Shown: one piece after another, positions 35,465 to 49,039 of the stretch
Position numbering within the stretch: the first letter of the stretch is position 1
Layout: each line of letters begins with the position of its first letter
Assembly: GCA_965644495.1 (NCBI GenBank)
Contig: CBFFSA010000009.1
Span: 248,001 to 312,000 of the forward strand
DNA: 64,000 nucleotides
Origin: Perkinsela sp. CCAP 1560/9
Taxonomy: Eukaryota; Protista; Euglenozoa: Kinetoplastea
Direction: 5' to 3'
Position numbers and translations under genes: made by a program
Notes under the pieces: model-generated
The model's input: the letters and a program-made list of their open reading frames with translations, nothing else
What the model was told of the DNA's origin: nothing
Database searches by the model: none

Positions 35465-37550
35465 TCACGTCCTCACGTGCGCAACGAAGGACGCAAGTTC
35501 TCTGCGGGCATCCGACTTACCAGCATGCGCGCCTGGGCTCGCATTAGAGTCACATTCATTTCCGTGAGGAGGCGTTGGAAGGCCTTTCCTCTCGAAAGAG
35601 TGCCCTGCGAAGCGGCTGAGCGACGCTCGGAGAACCTCACGGAGAATGGCCTGCGCGCTGTCGGACCACGATCCGAAGGATTCCACTGCCATAGCGGTGA
35701 ATCTGTACCCTTGGGATTCAGCCTCGAGGCGCTCCGTTTGTGCTCCGTAGCGTACCGCTCGGCAAAGGATCCCGCTTTCCACACGTTAGCACCTCGGACT
35801 CAGTCCGTATAATATACCTATGTGTTCTATGAACACTTTTTTTTTCCATTGAACACATAGAACGCATTGAACACTTTCTGGGGAGGTACACATCCCACGA
35901 ACATGTTGATTATTTTTCATAAACCTTCTTTGTTTTGCGCATATCCAAGTGATTACACATGCCCGAGCATACATATACCCGAGCATACATATACTATATG
36001 TATGTGGGTTACTGAACGTGGGTAACGCAGAAGTCCAATACCAAGCCGGTAGCTAGGCCAAAGTTCGGGAGGAATACGTCTCCTGGTCGGGTGGGGCCAC
36101 CGCCAGGGCCGTAGGCTAACCTCTCGTTGTGGGGCGAAGTGCGCCTTGGTACACACGTCGTAGAAGTGGTCGACCAGGGCGTTGTGCCGAGAAAGTAGAC
36201 CGTAGCCACTTTTGCAAGCTAGGGCGTGCCTGCCATCTGGTTCGGCCTAGCGGTTGGCTACACTTGTCCATAGGGTAAGGGCGGGGGGCATTGTGGACGT
36301 CTGCCCCGAGCCACCAACGGGCCAGGGCGCGGAACGCCGTAGGGATAAGGGCGTACCCCAGCTCTTTGGATGGGAGAGCAAAGGCCCAGTTTGCGGCCCC
36401 ATCCCCACTTTGAGAAAGCCATCTTTCTTTAGTTGGTGTTTTCTTTAGTTGGTCTTTAGGTGGTGCTGGATTTGCCGGGGGGACTCAGGATCCTCTGGTA
36501 AGAGGTACCCTGTATGGACGTTGATGAGAGGTCTTCCGGATAGTTCGTTTACGTGGGTCATTGCCTCCCGGAATCCTTCTGCATCCAGTGCATCCCATCC
36601 GTCTTGGCTGGCTGCGAAGGAGACTGAGGAAGCGTACCCCGCTGAGTAGAAAAGAGAAGAGGAAGTCCAAAACCGCCATATTTTTTTCTGCGCTGAGCGC
36701 TGAGCGCATCCGGAAGGATCGAGTGAGCAAAGTGCGTCCTCTAAAACTTGTAGCACCGCGGTGTCGAGACGCAAACATAGATCTAATAGGGGTTTAGGGG
36801 CTATGGTGCGGAGGGAGAAGACGAGCTGACAAAAGCCAGAGCACTGGCGGATGAGGGTTAACGCCACTTGGGGATCGGCGATTTTCTTTATAGCGCTAAG
36901 TGTGGACAATGCTGGGGCCAAGGCGTGTTCGCGGAGGTAATCACTACAGTATTGCGCGGATCCCAGCTGGCTGCCTAGGATGCTGAAATTGCCATCGAAG
37001 AGAATTCTTTGTTATGGGATCTCAGGGATCAATAAAGTCACGAGGTGTGCGGACGGGGGGTGTAGGGTCACTTCACACTTCTGAGTGTTAAGAAGGAGTC
37101 CGAGCTGTCGACCTTCCTGCTCAATGACTTCGAGGGCTTGCTTGACGAGCGCCGCCTTGCCGGCAAGTACCCCGTCGTCAAGGTACCAGACATGGAGGAA
37201 AAGTTCTTCAGGAAACTCAGCGTTAATAATTTGCGCGAGATGATGGATTACGAGGGAGAAAAGGAGCGGTCCCAAGGGATCGCCTTGTTGAACGCCTTCT
37301 GCGGAGTGCAGAATGTGTTGCCCAAAGGTGACGTAGCTGTCCGTTTCGTAACACCATTCTACCCATTTAGAGAGGGGGTTAGGAAAGTGCTTCTGAGTCA
37401 AGGAGGGAAAGGCGGATCTTGAGACGTCATTAAACGCGTTTGAGAGATCAATTTTGCACAGGACGAAATCTGGGTCGTCAGCATGCTTGGTCACCGTCTG
37501 ACGACAGAGATGAATCATGCGTTCGGCGCCAGCGGCGGTGGCGACACCAT
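35465..37550 (-). pseudogene. Decayed CRE-clade non-LTR retrotransposon (RT + RLE)
   Basis: KIDLSNAFN, GVQQGDPLGPLLF, YLDDG, RPGDV...LDFCVTH, AVESFG; many frameshifts. Confidence 0.85.
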
Positions 37551-38086
37551 ACTCTTCCTCTCATTAATTTTTATAAATTATAAATTATAACAAAAAATGA
37601 GATATACCGTGGAAACATTAATTAAGAATTACACTAATTAAGGGAAAATGGTTTTCAAAAAAAATTATTCCCTTAATTAGTGTTCCCTTATTTTATGTAG
37701 AAGGAGGTCAAGGAGGCCTTCAGAAACCTCCTAATCCACTACGGGTTTAATCCAAAGGTTCTCATCCAAACTATGGATCTACCAACACGCCGTCCTATCC
37801 AAATTGCGCTTTCATTCGTTGTTCATGCCAGCCTTACTCATTCATTGAGAGGCTACAAAAGAGAACCACCCACCATATCAAGAAGTGGATGAACTTTGCC
37901 TCTGCCACCAGTATTGAAACCTTATACAGGGGGGATCGCCAATATCAGGACACCTCCTGTTTTTGTCCTTGGGTCCGTTTCACCTGAGTTTTGTTGCAAA
38001 GGAGAGTTCTCGACGCGAATATGGTCCATACTTTTCGGCATTAGGATGTACTTTAATAATTATTAATAATTCTTTAATAATAATTA

Positions 38087-38193
38087 CTGTCCCCCCCGTT
38101 TAAGCGCACCTAGTTTTCCTCACCTAGTAGTTAGAAAAGTGCGCTTAAACGGGGGGGGGTCTGACCGTGTGCGCTTAAGGGGAGGGAGGACAG
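38087..38193. mobile_element. Tc1/mariner-type MITE
   Basis: TA|ctgtccccccc..taagcgcac ... gtgcgcttaagggg..ggacag|TA; copy at ~47285. Confidence 0.7.
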
Positions 38194-38375
38194 TATTATT
38201 AGAAGGAAAAATTATTAATAATTTTACAGGTGTGGGTGTGACACATAATTACGGGGGTCAAAATGCGACAGATATCTAGCGGGGTCCATCGCCAAAAAAA
38301 GCAAGGGAACGAAAAGTTACAGAAACTTTTTCTTTATTGCCTAGGAAGGTTCCTTTGCACCCCAATGGGGTACTA

Positions 38376-38804
38376 CCGTACAACCCCCCAGTAAGAGTGG
38401 GTTTTGACCAAATCTCTCTTACTGGGGGGTTCTGCTTTTTAGGCCAGTTTTCTTTTTTCTCCAAACTTTTTTGACAACCTTTTTTTTAGAGTTTTTCTCT
38501 TTTTCGAATAGTTCTGTCTAAAAGAAATTGTCATTCTGTCATTGATTTCATTTCATCTACTTTTTTTAAGTTATGACAACGGACATTCGCATACAACTTG
38601 CGTTAGAAAGCGTTGTCCAAGACTCCAGCCCAACTATATTTGATTTTCATATGCTTCATATAAAATATTGATTCTTTGTTTTTGATTGTGCGTTTTCTTC
38701 TCTGTGCTTCAACCTCATTTGATTGCCCAGAATAAGGGCTAAATCTCTCTTACTGGGGGCCAGCCCAAAAAGAGCCAAATCTCTCTTCCTGGGGGGGTAT
38801 ACGG
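38376..38804. mobile_element. Tc1/mariner-type MITE
   Basis: TA|ccgtacaaccccccagtaagag ... ctcttcctgggggggtatacgg|TA; copy at ~47573. Confidence 0.7.
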
Positions 38805-39166
38805 TATAAGCTGAAGACATGCGTCTACGGGGTAAAAAGAATCCCAGAGAGTGAAGCGAATGATGAAGGAGATGATGGGGATAATGAGGGGAATGATAAA
38901 GGGGATGGAGGGTATGACGAAGGGAACGATGATGGGGATGATGAAGGGGACGCTGGTGGAGACGTTGAAGCTAACGAGCTCCGAATCCTGCTTTCCAATT
39001 TCTTCCGTAGAACTCTACGATCCCAACATTACATACTCCCATCATATCCCATCATTGTTCATAATCCCATCATTGTTTACCAATAAAAAACACGAGCTTT
39101 CTTTGATTGAAATTCATAGTCAAGGTCCCGCTTCATCACAAAACGTTTTTCAAAATGTATGAAGTA

Positions 39167-39840
39167 CCGTACTATCCGTACTAGGGAGATGTATGGGTAT
39201 ACTAAATTTTGTCTAAAAAGCAAAAAATAATTTATAATTATATTTAATTTATCAGTAGTTGCTAGAAAAATGTTGCCTTGACCTTAAAATGCGATTTCTT
39301 GCCGTGTGATGGCTAGAAAATGGATCTGTCGCTTCTAAAAAAGGGATGTCTCCCGCTCCTGTTGCTGGGAGGGGGGGGGGTAGGTATACTAAGTGGGCAC
39401 GGGTATACTATCCTGGAACATAGTTTAGTATTAAACAAGTTTAGATAGTAGATTTTTTTACAAATTCTTTTGATTACGATTTCTCTTTCCATCACCTTTC
39501 CACCGTACCGTCGAACTGGTACGTGGCTCCGGGCTTTGGGCCGGTATAGCAGGCTTAAAGGAGACCGAGGTTACCGAAAGGAAGTGGATGTTGTCACGGG
39601 GGGTATTACAGTCCATGCTGTGCATTCATCGTCAGTTAGCCCCTAGGACACACTTCATTTGCCTCGGCCTGCTATTCTCGTGAATATGAAAGTCCCGATC
39701 CAGCCACTAGTTGTTTTTCCAACGGCGGCCACTGCGCCTCCCCCCCACTAAGAAACGCGGAAAACCGGAATCATGGGATGATCATGGCGATAATGAAGGG
39801 TAAAATGAAGGGGATGGCGAAGGCAATAGTGATAGTACGG
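39167..39840. mobile_element. Short-TIR non-autonomous DNA transposon
   Basis: TA|ccgtactatc ... gatagtacgg|TA; copy at ~48357-49027. Confidence 0.6.
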
Positions 39841-39854
39841 TATACAGTGGTTAA

Positions 39855-40470
39855 TGGAAGGCCCTCGCGAAGGGCAATCCAGGTTCCTTATTGTTCTCGA
39901 AGTGGGATCGACGTTTGACTAATAAACTATAAATGATGCAACCCACCACTTTAATTGGAATAACACTCGAACATGGACTATGCGTTCATTGCGGCATGGG
40001 AAGGCCACTGAGCTTCGAGTCCGTGGTATTCCTATTTCAGAGAGGCAATTATTGGGACGATGGCGGTCTCACTCGTCAGAACAATCGAATGTCACAGCCT
40101 ACCAGCGCCAACCACGGGAGTCCAACTCCCCGTAAATAGCCAGCATGTGACATCCAATCATTAGCAATGTCACATTGTCACATAGGCAATGTCACCGCCG
40201 ACTTGCCACAACCCAAGGGAGGCCAATTCCCCATAACTAACCAGCATGTGACATCCAATGTTACTGCCTACCAGCGGGAACATGAGAGTGTTGCGGTACT
40301 TCACCATGTCTAACTGCCCTGCAGCATGCCAAGTCCAGCCCTATACGGTTCGAATGTCATCAACAAGACTGACACATCCAATTCAAGGCGTACAACTCGA
40401 CCGTATAAGCACTCCCCCATCCTCCCCCGGTCTTTGAGAGACCTACTCCAGGCTCGGGACTGGAAATTGC
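39855..40470 (+). pseudogene. YR C-terminal fragment plus downstream repeat
   Basis: Homologous to the 15778 block. Confidence 0.8.
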
Positions 40471-40673
40471 GGAGTTAAGAAGCCACATGCGACGTACATA
40501 AAGTAAACAATACGTTTTTGTAAGACAACTTCTATTAAATCACAGAAGACAAAATTTATTGAATAAATGAAGCCCCTCCTAAGCCCCCGCCCATACATTT
40601 TGATTCCATACATTTTGATCATGCTCTTTATTCCCCTTAAATTCTCTTTACTCTCTCTATCTTTTAATTTGAA

Positions 40674-41570
40674 TCAATGATCCCCTACATTTATCTGTGT
40701 GTTATATACGCACAAACCGTACTCTTGCACATTTTCAGGCAATGGCGATCTTGTTATATTGCTACGCAAGTTCACATTATCTGATAAATCCAAACCCATC
40801 AATGAAAATGGAAGGTTCGTCAAGTCCACATCACCAGAAAACATATTGCGCGACAAATCAAGGTGCCGAATCCCCGAAGGAAGTTGTCGGAGATCGAGTT
40901 CGCCGGACAACTGATTTCCAGAGAGATTTACTTGACATATGTTAGGCGGAAACAAAGTCAAATCAAGTGGCCCGGTAAGACGATTTTCGCGAAGGTTCAC
41001 ACTTTGCATACTAGCCGGAAGACTCGTCAAACATACAGTTCCATTGAATCTGTTGCTATGCAAGGTTAAATCTTCGAAACAGAGCGGAAGGGAAGTCAAG
41101 TCCAACTCGCCTTCAAACCGATTTTCGTACAGAGTTAGTGATCGCAGTTCCGAAGGCAAGCGCGTGAGCGGTACTGTCCCTTCTAGAGCGTTCTGACACA
41201 CATCAAAATCGTACAAACTATGTGGGAGATAAATCAAGTTCATAGTACCTGACAAATCTCGTTGGGTCCATCTCACGTAGCTGACTCCTTCCCGCTCGTT
41301 ACAACTCACACCTTTCCACTCGCATGCTGGCGTGTGAAGACTCCACGATTCGTCCAAGTTGTGGACTTCCGCGAGGAGACGAACGAGTAGATACTCCTGA
41401 GGTAAATTCGCAGCGCTCACTTTGGCAATACGCGATCTCGTATTTGTAGTTTCTTCAGCAGAATGAGTGTTGGAAGGTATTGGGCTTTCGACTTTACGTC
41501 GTTTAGTCGACGGTTCCTGAATATCCGAACATGTGAGCCGCACGATCGTTTGTAGCGTTAAGTGTAGCAT
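40674..41570 (-). CDS. LRR-A protein, 298 aa, intact, mosaic
   Basis: Nearly identical to 33005, with patches matching other paralogues. Confidence 0.92.
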   Translation of the reverse strand: MLHLTLQTIVRLTCSDIQEPSTKRRKVESPIPSNTHSAEETTNTRSRIAKVSAANLPQEYLLVRLLAEVHNLDESWSLHTPACEWKGVSCNEREGVSYVRWTQRDLSGTMNLIYLPHSLYDFDVCQNALEGTVPLTRLPSELRSLTLYENRFEGELDLTSLPLCFEDLTLHSNRFNGTVCLTSLPASMQSVNLRENRLTGPLDLTLFPPNICQVNLSGNQLSGELDLRQLPSGIRHLDLSRNMFSGDVDLTNLPFSLMGLDLSDNVNLRSNITRSPLPENVQEYGLCVYNTQINVGDH

Positions 41571-42953
41571 GTAAAGTTAGAATGTATATTATTGTTTTCT
41601 AAAAAATAAAAAATAATTCTATGAATGTACTGTACCCCGTAGTTATCAGTCACTACGTTTCGTGGAAAAGAGACATAAACTTTAATAGGGCTACGCGTGC
41701 CCGCCCCCCCTTTGATAGGGCTATTTTGTCTAAAAGGCCAAAGATTTGTTTAGGGGGGGGGCATTTTTTTATGAAATCCGCCGATGAAAGAAGCAGCGGC
41801 GTTTTTCCGGTGCATAGCTATCCGAGTGTAAAATAGTGTATAAAAAAGCTGCAAGACCTTGTTTAGGAACTATAGAAAACTTCTCCTGAAAATTATTTCG
41901 TCTTCCGTATCAAAACTTGCGAAGTCATAATATTGCCGAGGAGACCATATGGAAAATAAAGCGAGTCGGAGAAAAAGATTATCAATCAAGAATGAATCGT
42001 GGAGGTCGCGACCGGAAGCGTGAGCGAGCCTTCAATAGCTCGCGACAAGATTTTATGGTAAAGTTTCATGAAACCCTTCTCGGTCTGTGGAATGGTCATA
42101 TCCCTATCACTCGAAATAGGGTGCTCCAGTTGATGAGTCGTTACGTGTTTTGATGGACTTGACGAACTTTTGGAAAAACTCAAGCTATCACGCCGGCAGA
42201 TATTGATCAACGAATAAGACGATGGTCGCATCATCTGTACTCGCAGCACGATGTTCGTCAGAACAGCTATGTTATTTTCGGAGATAAAACTAGCGCTAGC
42301 GTCGACGGCGAACTGAAGGGGAAAAATTTAGCGCCAGTGGGCGTGATTTCAGTCAAAGTCGTTCGGACGAATGAAAAGCAAACACTGACTATTTTTCTTG
42401 CCGCCTTATTTTCCGTCAAGGATAAGGGGGTGTATCCTCGTCTAATCCTGCAGAAATTCAATTCCTGAAAATTAATTCCTGAAAATTCGAGTTACTGAAT
42501 TTAATGCACTTTAAATAGTCTTTTTTAGGTATTTGTTTTGTGATTTTATACTTTCGCTTTATTCGTGCGCGTTATAAATTCGTGTGCGTTATCTATTTTG
42601 AGAACGACGACGACGACCTACAAATTGTTCTTGTGTGTATTATGATGACCTACAAGTTGTTCTATTCATCACTCTCAGAACGTCATCCATCCGCTTTGAT
42701 CACAAGATCTTTGCAAACTGATTGCGGGAGACACTCAGTTTGACCACGGTTTTCGGCACGGTCCCGAAATCTAGCATCACGAAAAAGTATTCGGGTCCAG
42801 TTTTTCCAGCTGACCAGGCAATAGTTCTAACGGAACGTTGCCTGAGAAACTACTACGTTCTAGATTCAAGGAAAGAAGCGTGGAAAGTAAATCCTTTTTT
42901 TTCCAACTTACTACGCTTAAAGCTTCACACATATTTCCATTATTTTCACGTCC

Positions 42954-45030
42954 TCACGTGCGCAACGAAGGACGCAAGTTCTCTGCGGGCATCCGACTTA
43001 CCAGCATGCGCGCTTGGGCTCGCATTAGAGTCACATTCATTTCCGTGAGGAGGCGTTGGAAGGCCTTTCCTCTCGAAAGAGTGCCCTGTGAAGCGGCTGA
43101 GCGACGCTCGGCGACCTCACGGAGAATGGCCTGCGCGCTGTCGGACCACGATCCGAAGGATTCCACTGCCATAGCGGTGAATCTGTACCCTTGGGATTCA
43201 GCCTCGAGGCGCTCCGTTTGTGCTCCGTAGCGTACCGCTCGGCAAAGGATCCCGCTTTCCACACGTTAGCACCTCGGACTCAGTCCGTATAATATACCTA
43301 TGTGTTCTATGAACACTTTTTTTTTCCATTGAACACATAGAACGCATTGAACACTTTCTGGGGAGGTACACATCCCACGAACATGTTGATTATTTTTCAT
43401 AAACCTTCTTTGTTTTGCGCATATCCAAGTGATTACACATGCCCGAGCATACATATACCCGAGCATACATATACTATATGTATGTGGGTTACTGAACGTG
43501 GGTAACGCAGAAGTCCAATACCAAGCCGGTAGCTAGGCCAAAGTTCGGGAGGAATACGTCTCCTGGTCGGGTGGGGCAACCGCCAGGGCCGTAGGCTAAC
43601 CTCTCGTTGTGGGGCGAAGTGCGCCTTGGTACACACGTCGTAGAAGTGGTCGACCAGGGCGTTGTGCCGAGAAAGTAGACCGTAGCCACTTTTGCAAGCT
43701 AGGGCGTGCCTGCCATCTGGTTCGGCCTAGCGGTTGGCTACACTTGTCCATAGGGCAAGGGCGGGGGGCATTGTGGACGTCTGCCCCGAGCCACCAACGG
43801 GCCAGGGCGCGGAACTCCGTAGGGATAAGGGCGTACCCCAGCTCTTTGGATGGGAGAGCAAAGGCCCAGTTTGCGGCCCCATCCCCACTTTGAGAAAGCC
43901 ATCTTTCTTTAGTTGGTGTTTTCTTTAGTTGGTCTTTAGGTGGTGTTGGATTTGCCGGGGGGACTCAGGATCCTCTGGTAAGAGGTACCCTGTATGGACG
44001 TTGATGAGAGGTCTTCCGGATAGTTCGTTTACGTGGGTCATTGCCTCCCGGAATTCTTCTGCATCCAGTGCATCCCATCCGTCTTGGCTGGCTGCGAAGG
44101 AGACTGAGGAAGCGTACCCCGCTGAGTAGAAAAGAGAAGAGGAAGTCCAAAACCGCCATATTTTTTTCTGCGCTGAGCGCTGAGCGCATCCGGAAGGATC
44201 GAGTGAGCAAAGTGCGTCCTCTAAAACTTGTAGCACCGCGGTGTCGAGACGCAAACATAGATCTAATAGGGGTTTAGGGGCTGTGGTGCGGAGGGAGAAG
44301 ACGAGCTGACAAAAGCCAGAGCACTGGCGGATGAGGGTTAACGCCACTTGGGGATCGGCGATTTTCTTTATAGCGCTAAGTGTGGACAATGCTGGGGCCA
44401 AGGCGTGTTCGCGGAGGTAATCACTACAGTATTGCGCGGATCCCACCTGGCTGCCTAGGATGCTGAAATTGCCATCGAAGAGAATTCTTTGTTATGGGAT
44501 CTCAGGGATCAATAAAGTCACGAGGTGTGCGGACGGGGGGTGTAGGGTCACTTCACACTTCTGAGTGTTAAGAAGGAGTCCGAGCTGTCGACCTTCCTGC
44601 TCAATGACTTCGAGGGCTTGCTTGACGAGCGCCGCCTTGCCGGCAAGTACCCCGTCGTCAAGGTACCAGACATGGAGGAAAAGTTCTTCAGGAAACTCAG
44701 CGTTAATAATTTGCGCGAGATGATGGATTACGAGGGAGAAAAGGAGCGGTCCCAAGGGATCGCCTTGTTGAACGCCTTCTGCGGAGTGCAGAATGTGTTG
44801 CCCAAAGGTGACGTAGCTGTCCGTTTCGTAACACCATTCTACCCATTTAGAGAGGGGGTTAGGAAAGTGCTTCTGAGTCAAGGAGGGAAAGGCGGATCTT
44901 GAGACGTCATTAAACGCGTTTGAGAGATCAATTTTGCACAGGACGAAATCTGGGTCGTCAGCATGCTTGGTCACCGTCTGACGACAGAGATGAATCATGC
45001 GTTCGGCGCCAGCGGCGGTGGCGACACCAT
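42954..45030 (-). pseudogene. Decayed CRE-clade retrotransposon (duplicate copy)
   Basis: RT ORF 44492-44998 identical in protein to 37012-37518. Confidence 0.85.
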
Positions 45031-45404
45031 ACTCTTCCTCTCATTAATTTTTATAAATTATAAATTATAACAAAAAATGAGATATACCGTGGAAACATTA
45101 ATTAAGAATTACACTAATTAAGGGAAAATGGTTTTCAAAAAAAATTATTCCCTTAATTAGTGTTCCCTTATTTTATGTAGAAGGAGGTCAAGGAGGCCTT
45201 CAGAAACCTCCTAATCCACTACGGGTTTAATCCAAAGGTTCTCATCCAAACTATGGATCTACCAACACGCCGTCCTATCCAAATTGCGCTTTCATTCGTT
45301 GTTCATGCCAGCCTTACTCATTCATTGAGAGGCTACAAAAGAGAACCACCCACCATATCAAGAAGTGGATGAACTTTGCCTCTGCCACCAGTATTGAAAC
45401 CTTA

Positions 45405-47122
45405 TTGCGGTGGTTGTAAAACTACCGCTCTACACTCGATTATTGAAAAAAAAGTGAACAAAAACAGTGAAAATATAAAGAGGAACACAGTAATATAATA
45501 GAAGAAAAAAATATAAAAGGGGGCTCCGGTGGTCCAAAACTGAGAAAAAAATTTGAAAAAAATGGGGGGTCCATAGGGGGGGTCCAGGGGGGGGGGGCAT
45601 GGTCGAGCAATTTTTTTCGAAAACATTAATTTTCGAAAAAAAACCGCAGAAAGGGTAGCCGGGGTCTTGGCGCGCATTTTCCACCCCCCTTCTCTTTGTT
45701 TCGTCGCTTCTTCCTCACGTATCCTGACTAGCTTTCGACATTCTTTGATTTGTGCTCGTAATTCGTCTCGTTCCGTCCTACTTCTCGTATAGCGTAGCGA
45801 AGTTTTCAAGGTTGTGAGATGGTGTTTCAGTTCTTGTGCGACTCTCTCCGTGGCGAGTGGTCGATACCTTCGTCGGGCGTGTCCGGTGCTAGCTCTGATG
45901 AGGAAGCCCCTTGTCGGATTCGCTTCCGTCGCTATTTCGCAAGCAGATACGGCTAGGGCGGCGCTAAGAAGTTCCGCGTTACGTATAGCTGTCTTCCTGT
46001 CCGTTGTATCGCTTAGAAGTTCGTTGCAACGTGCACTTGCTCTCGCTTCAACCTGTCGCCATTGCTCTTCGCTGAGTCGTATGGTAACCTTCCCGCCAAG
46101 TATTGCATTGTGCTTTTGCAGGAGTTCTACTGCTTTTTGCATACGCAAAAACAGTTTGTGGCAGCTGTCTCAACTACAACATACAGGGCAATACTTATGG
46201 TTATAAATTATACATACATTATATATACATACATAGATGTATTATACATACATTGCGGTGGTTGTAAAACTACCGCTCTACACTCGATTATTGAAAAAAA
46301 AGTGAACAAAAACAGTGAAAATATAAAGGGGAACACAGTAATATAATAGAAGAAAAAAATATAAAAGGGGGCTCCGGTGGTCCAAAACTGAGAAAAAAAT
46401 TTGAAAAAAATGGGGGGTCCATGGGGGGGTCCAGGGGGGGGGGGCATGGTCGAGCAATTTTTTTCGAAAACATTAATTTTCGAAAAAAAACCGCAGAAAG
46501 GGTAGCCGGGGTCTTGGCGCGCATTTTCCACCCCCCTACCCGGGGGTGACCCCCCCGCGTATCCGCAGGACGGGTCCGCCAAGTTCGGATTTTTTCGGAA
46601 AAAAAATTTTGAAAAAAATTTTAACTTGGCGAAAAAAATGACAAAAAAAATATTTTTCCAAAATCGTTTCCCCTATTGTATTTTGACAGTTTGGGACCTA
46701 CACTAGCTTTCTACGCAGTTGTTTTCGCAAGGTATCACTTCTTCGAACTGTGGTGCGCCCCCCAAAATGACCCTTTTTTGACTAAAAAAGGTGAAAAAGT
46801 ATTTTTCGGACCTAAAGGGGCATTTTTGTGTCGAAAGAATGGTATGGTTGGAGTCGTATTCTCTACCCAATACGTTCGGTAGGCTTTCATTTATGCCTGC
46901 GAGTGATTTCCCACGTGCAAATGTCGGATTTAGTGCTCTGAGAGCAAAAATATGCGAAAATGACCCCATTTGTACCCGAAATTCGGCTATTTTTGGCTAT
47001 AATCTTTCCGTTTTCCAGGCTAAATTTTCTTCGTTAAACGCGGCGGGATTTTTCAACGCGAAGCGCGCAGCATGAGTGACTTCTAAGTTGAAAGCAACCA
47101 CCGCGTTTAACGAAGAGCCTAA
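45405..47122 (+). mobile_element. Composite family-H insertion: partial H + captured coding fragment + complete H
   Basis: Absent from the sister unit (empty site aaacctta^tacagg at 37924/37925); H left end 45405-45690, minus-strand coding fragment ~45690-46200, full H 46253-47115. Confidence 0.85.
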
Positions 47123-49039
47123 TACAGGGGGGATCGCCAATATCAGGACACCTCCTGTTTTTGTCCTTGGGTCCGTTTCACCTGAGTTTTGTTGCAAAGG
47201 AGAGTTCTCGACGCGAATATGGTCCATACTTTTCGGCATTAGGATGTACTTTAATAATTATTAATAATTCTTTAATAATAATTACTGTCCCCCCCGTTTA
47301 AGCGCACCTAGTTTTCCTCACCTAGTAGTTAGAAAAGTGCGCTTAAACGGGGGGGGTCTGACCGTGTGCGCTTAAGGGGAGGGAGGACAGTATTATTAGA
47401 AGGAAAAATTATTAATAATTTTACAGGTGTGGGTGTGACACATAATTACGGGGGTCAAAATGCGACAGATATCTAGCGGGGTCCATCGCCAAAAAAAGCA
47501 AGGGAACGAAAAGTTACAGAAACTTTTTCTTTATTGCCTAGGAAGGTTCCTTTGCACCCCAATGGGGTACTACCGTACAACCCCCCAGTAAGAGTGGGTT
47601 TTGACCAAATCTCTCTTACTGGGGGGTTCTGCTTTTTAGGCCAGTTTTCTTTTTTCTCCAAACTTTTTTGACAACCTTTTTTTTAGAGTTTTTCTCTTTT
47701 TCGAATAGTTCTGTCTAAAAGAAATTGTCATTCTGTCATTGATTTCATTTCATCTACTTTTTTTAAGTTATGACAACGGACATTCGCATACAACTTGCGT
47801 TAGAAAGCGTTGTCCAAGACTCCAGCCCAACTATATTTGATTTTCATATGCTTCATATAAAATATTGACTCTTTGTTTTTGATTGTGCGTTTTCTTCTCT
47901 GTGCTTCAACCTCATTTGATTGCCCAGAATAAGGGCTAAATCTCTCTTACTGGGGGTCAGCCCAAAAAGAGCCAAATCTCTCTTCCTGGGGGGGTATACG
48001 GTATAAGCTGAAGACATGCGTCTACGGGGTAAAAAGAATCCCAGAGAGTGAAGCGGATGATGGGGATAATGAGGGGAATGATAAAGGGGATGGAGGGTAT
48101 GACGAAGGGAACGATGATGGGGATGATGAAGGGGACGCTGGTGGAGACGTTGAAGCTAACGAGCTCCGAATCCTGCTTTCCAATTTCTTCCGTAGAACTC
48201 TACGATCCCAACATTACATACTCCCATCATATCCCATCATTGTTCATAATCCCATCATTGTTTACCAATAAAAAAGACGAGCTTTCTTTGATTGAAATTC
48301 ATAGTCAAGGTCCCGCTTCATCACAAAACATTTATGAAGTACCGTATTATGAAGTACCGTACTATCCGTACTAGGGAGATGTATGGGTATACTAAATTTT
48401 GTCTAAAAAGCAAAAAATAATTTATAATTATATTTAATTTATCTGTAGTTGCTAGAAAAATGTTGCCTTGACCTTAAAATGCGATTTCTTGCCGTGTGAT
48501 GGCTAGAAAGTGGATCTGTCGCTTCTAAAAAAGGTATGTCTCCCGCTCCTGTTGCTGGGAGGGGGGGCTAGGTATACTAAGTGGGCATGGGTATACTATC
48601 CTGGAACATAGTTTAGTATTAAACAAGTTTAGATAGTAGATTTTTTTACAAATTCTTTTGATTACGATTTCTCTTTCCACCACCTTTCCACCGCACCGTC
48701 GAACTGGTACGTGGCTCCGGGCTTTGGGCCGGTATAGCAGGCTTAAAGGAGACCGAGGTTACCGAAAGGAAGTGGATGTTGTCACGGGGTATTACAGTCC
48801 ATGCTGTGCATTCATCGTCAGTTAGCCCCTAGGACACACTTCATTTGCCTCGGCCTGCTATTCTCGTGAATATGAAAGTCCCGATCCAGCCACTAGTTGT
48901 TTTTCAAACGGCGGCCACTGCGCCTCCCCCCCACTAAGAAACGCGGAAAACCGGAATCATGGGATGACCATGGCGATAATGAAGGGTAAAATGAAGGGGA
49001 TGGCGAAGGCGATAGTGATAGTACGGTATACAGTGGTTA

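Larger units (their letters stand above)
33902..40673. repeat. Tandem segmental duplication, unit 1 (inter-LRR spacer)
   Basis: Near-identical to 41571-49853 apart from indels. Confidence 0.92.

Noticed and set aside
38851-39162. Met/Gly-rich ORF (also 48048) as a gene
   Set aside because: Alternative-frame reading of a gatgat/ggggat low-complexity tract in transposon debris.
35465-41570. Diversity-generating retroelement (RT next to variable genes)
   Set aside because: The RTs are CRE, RLE and DIRS types; I saw no template/variable repeat pair, and differences are not confined to adenines.
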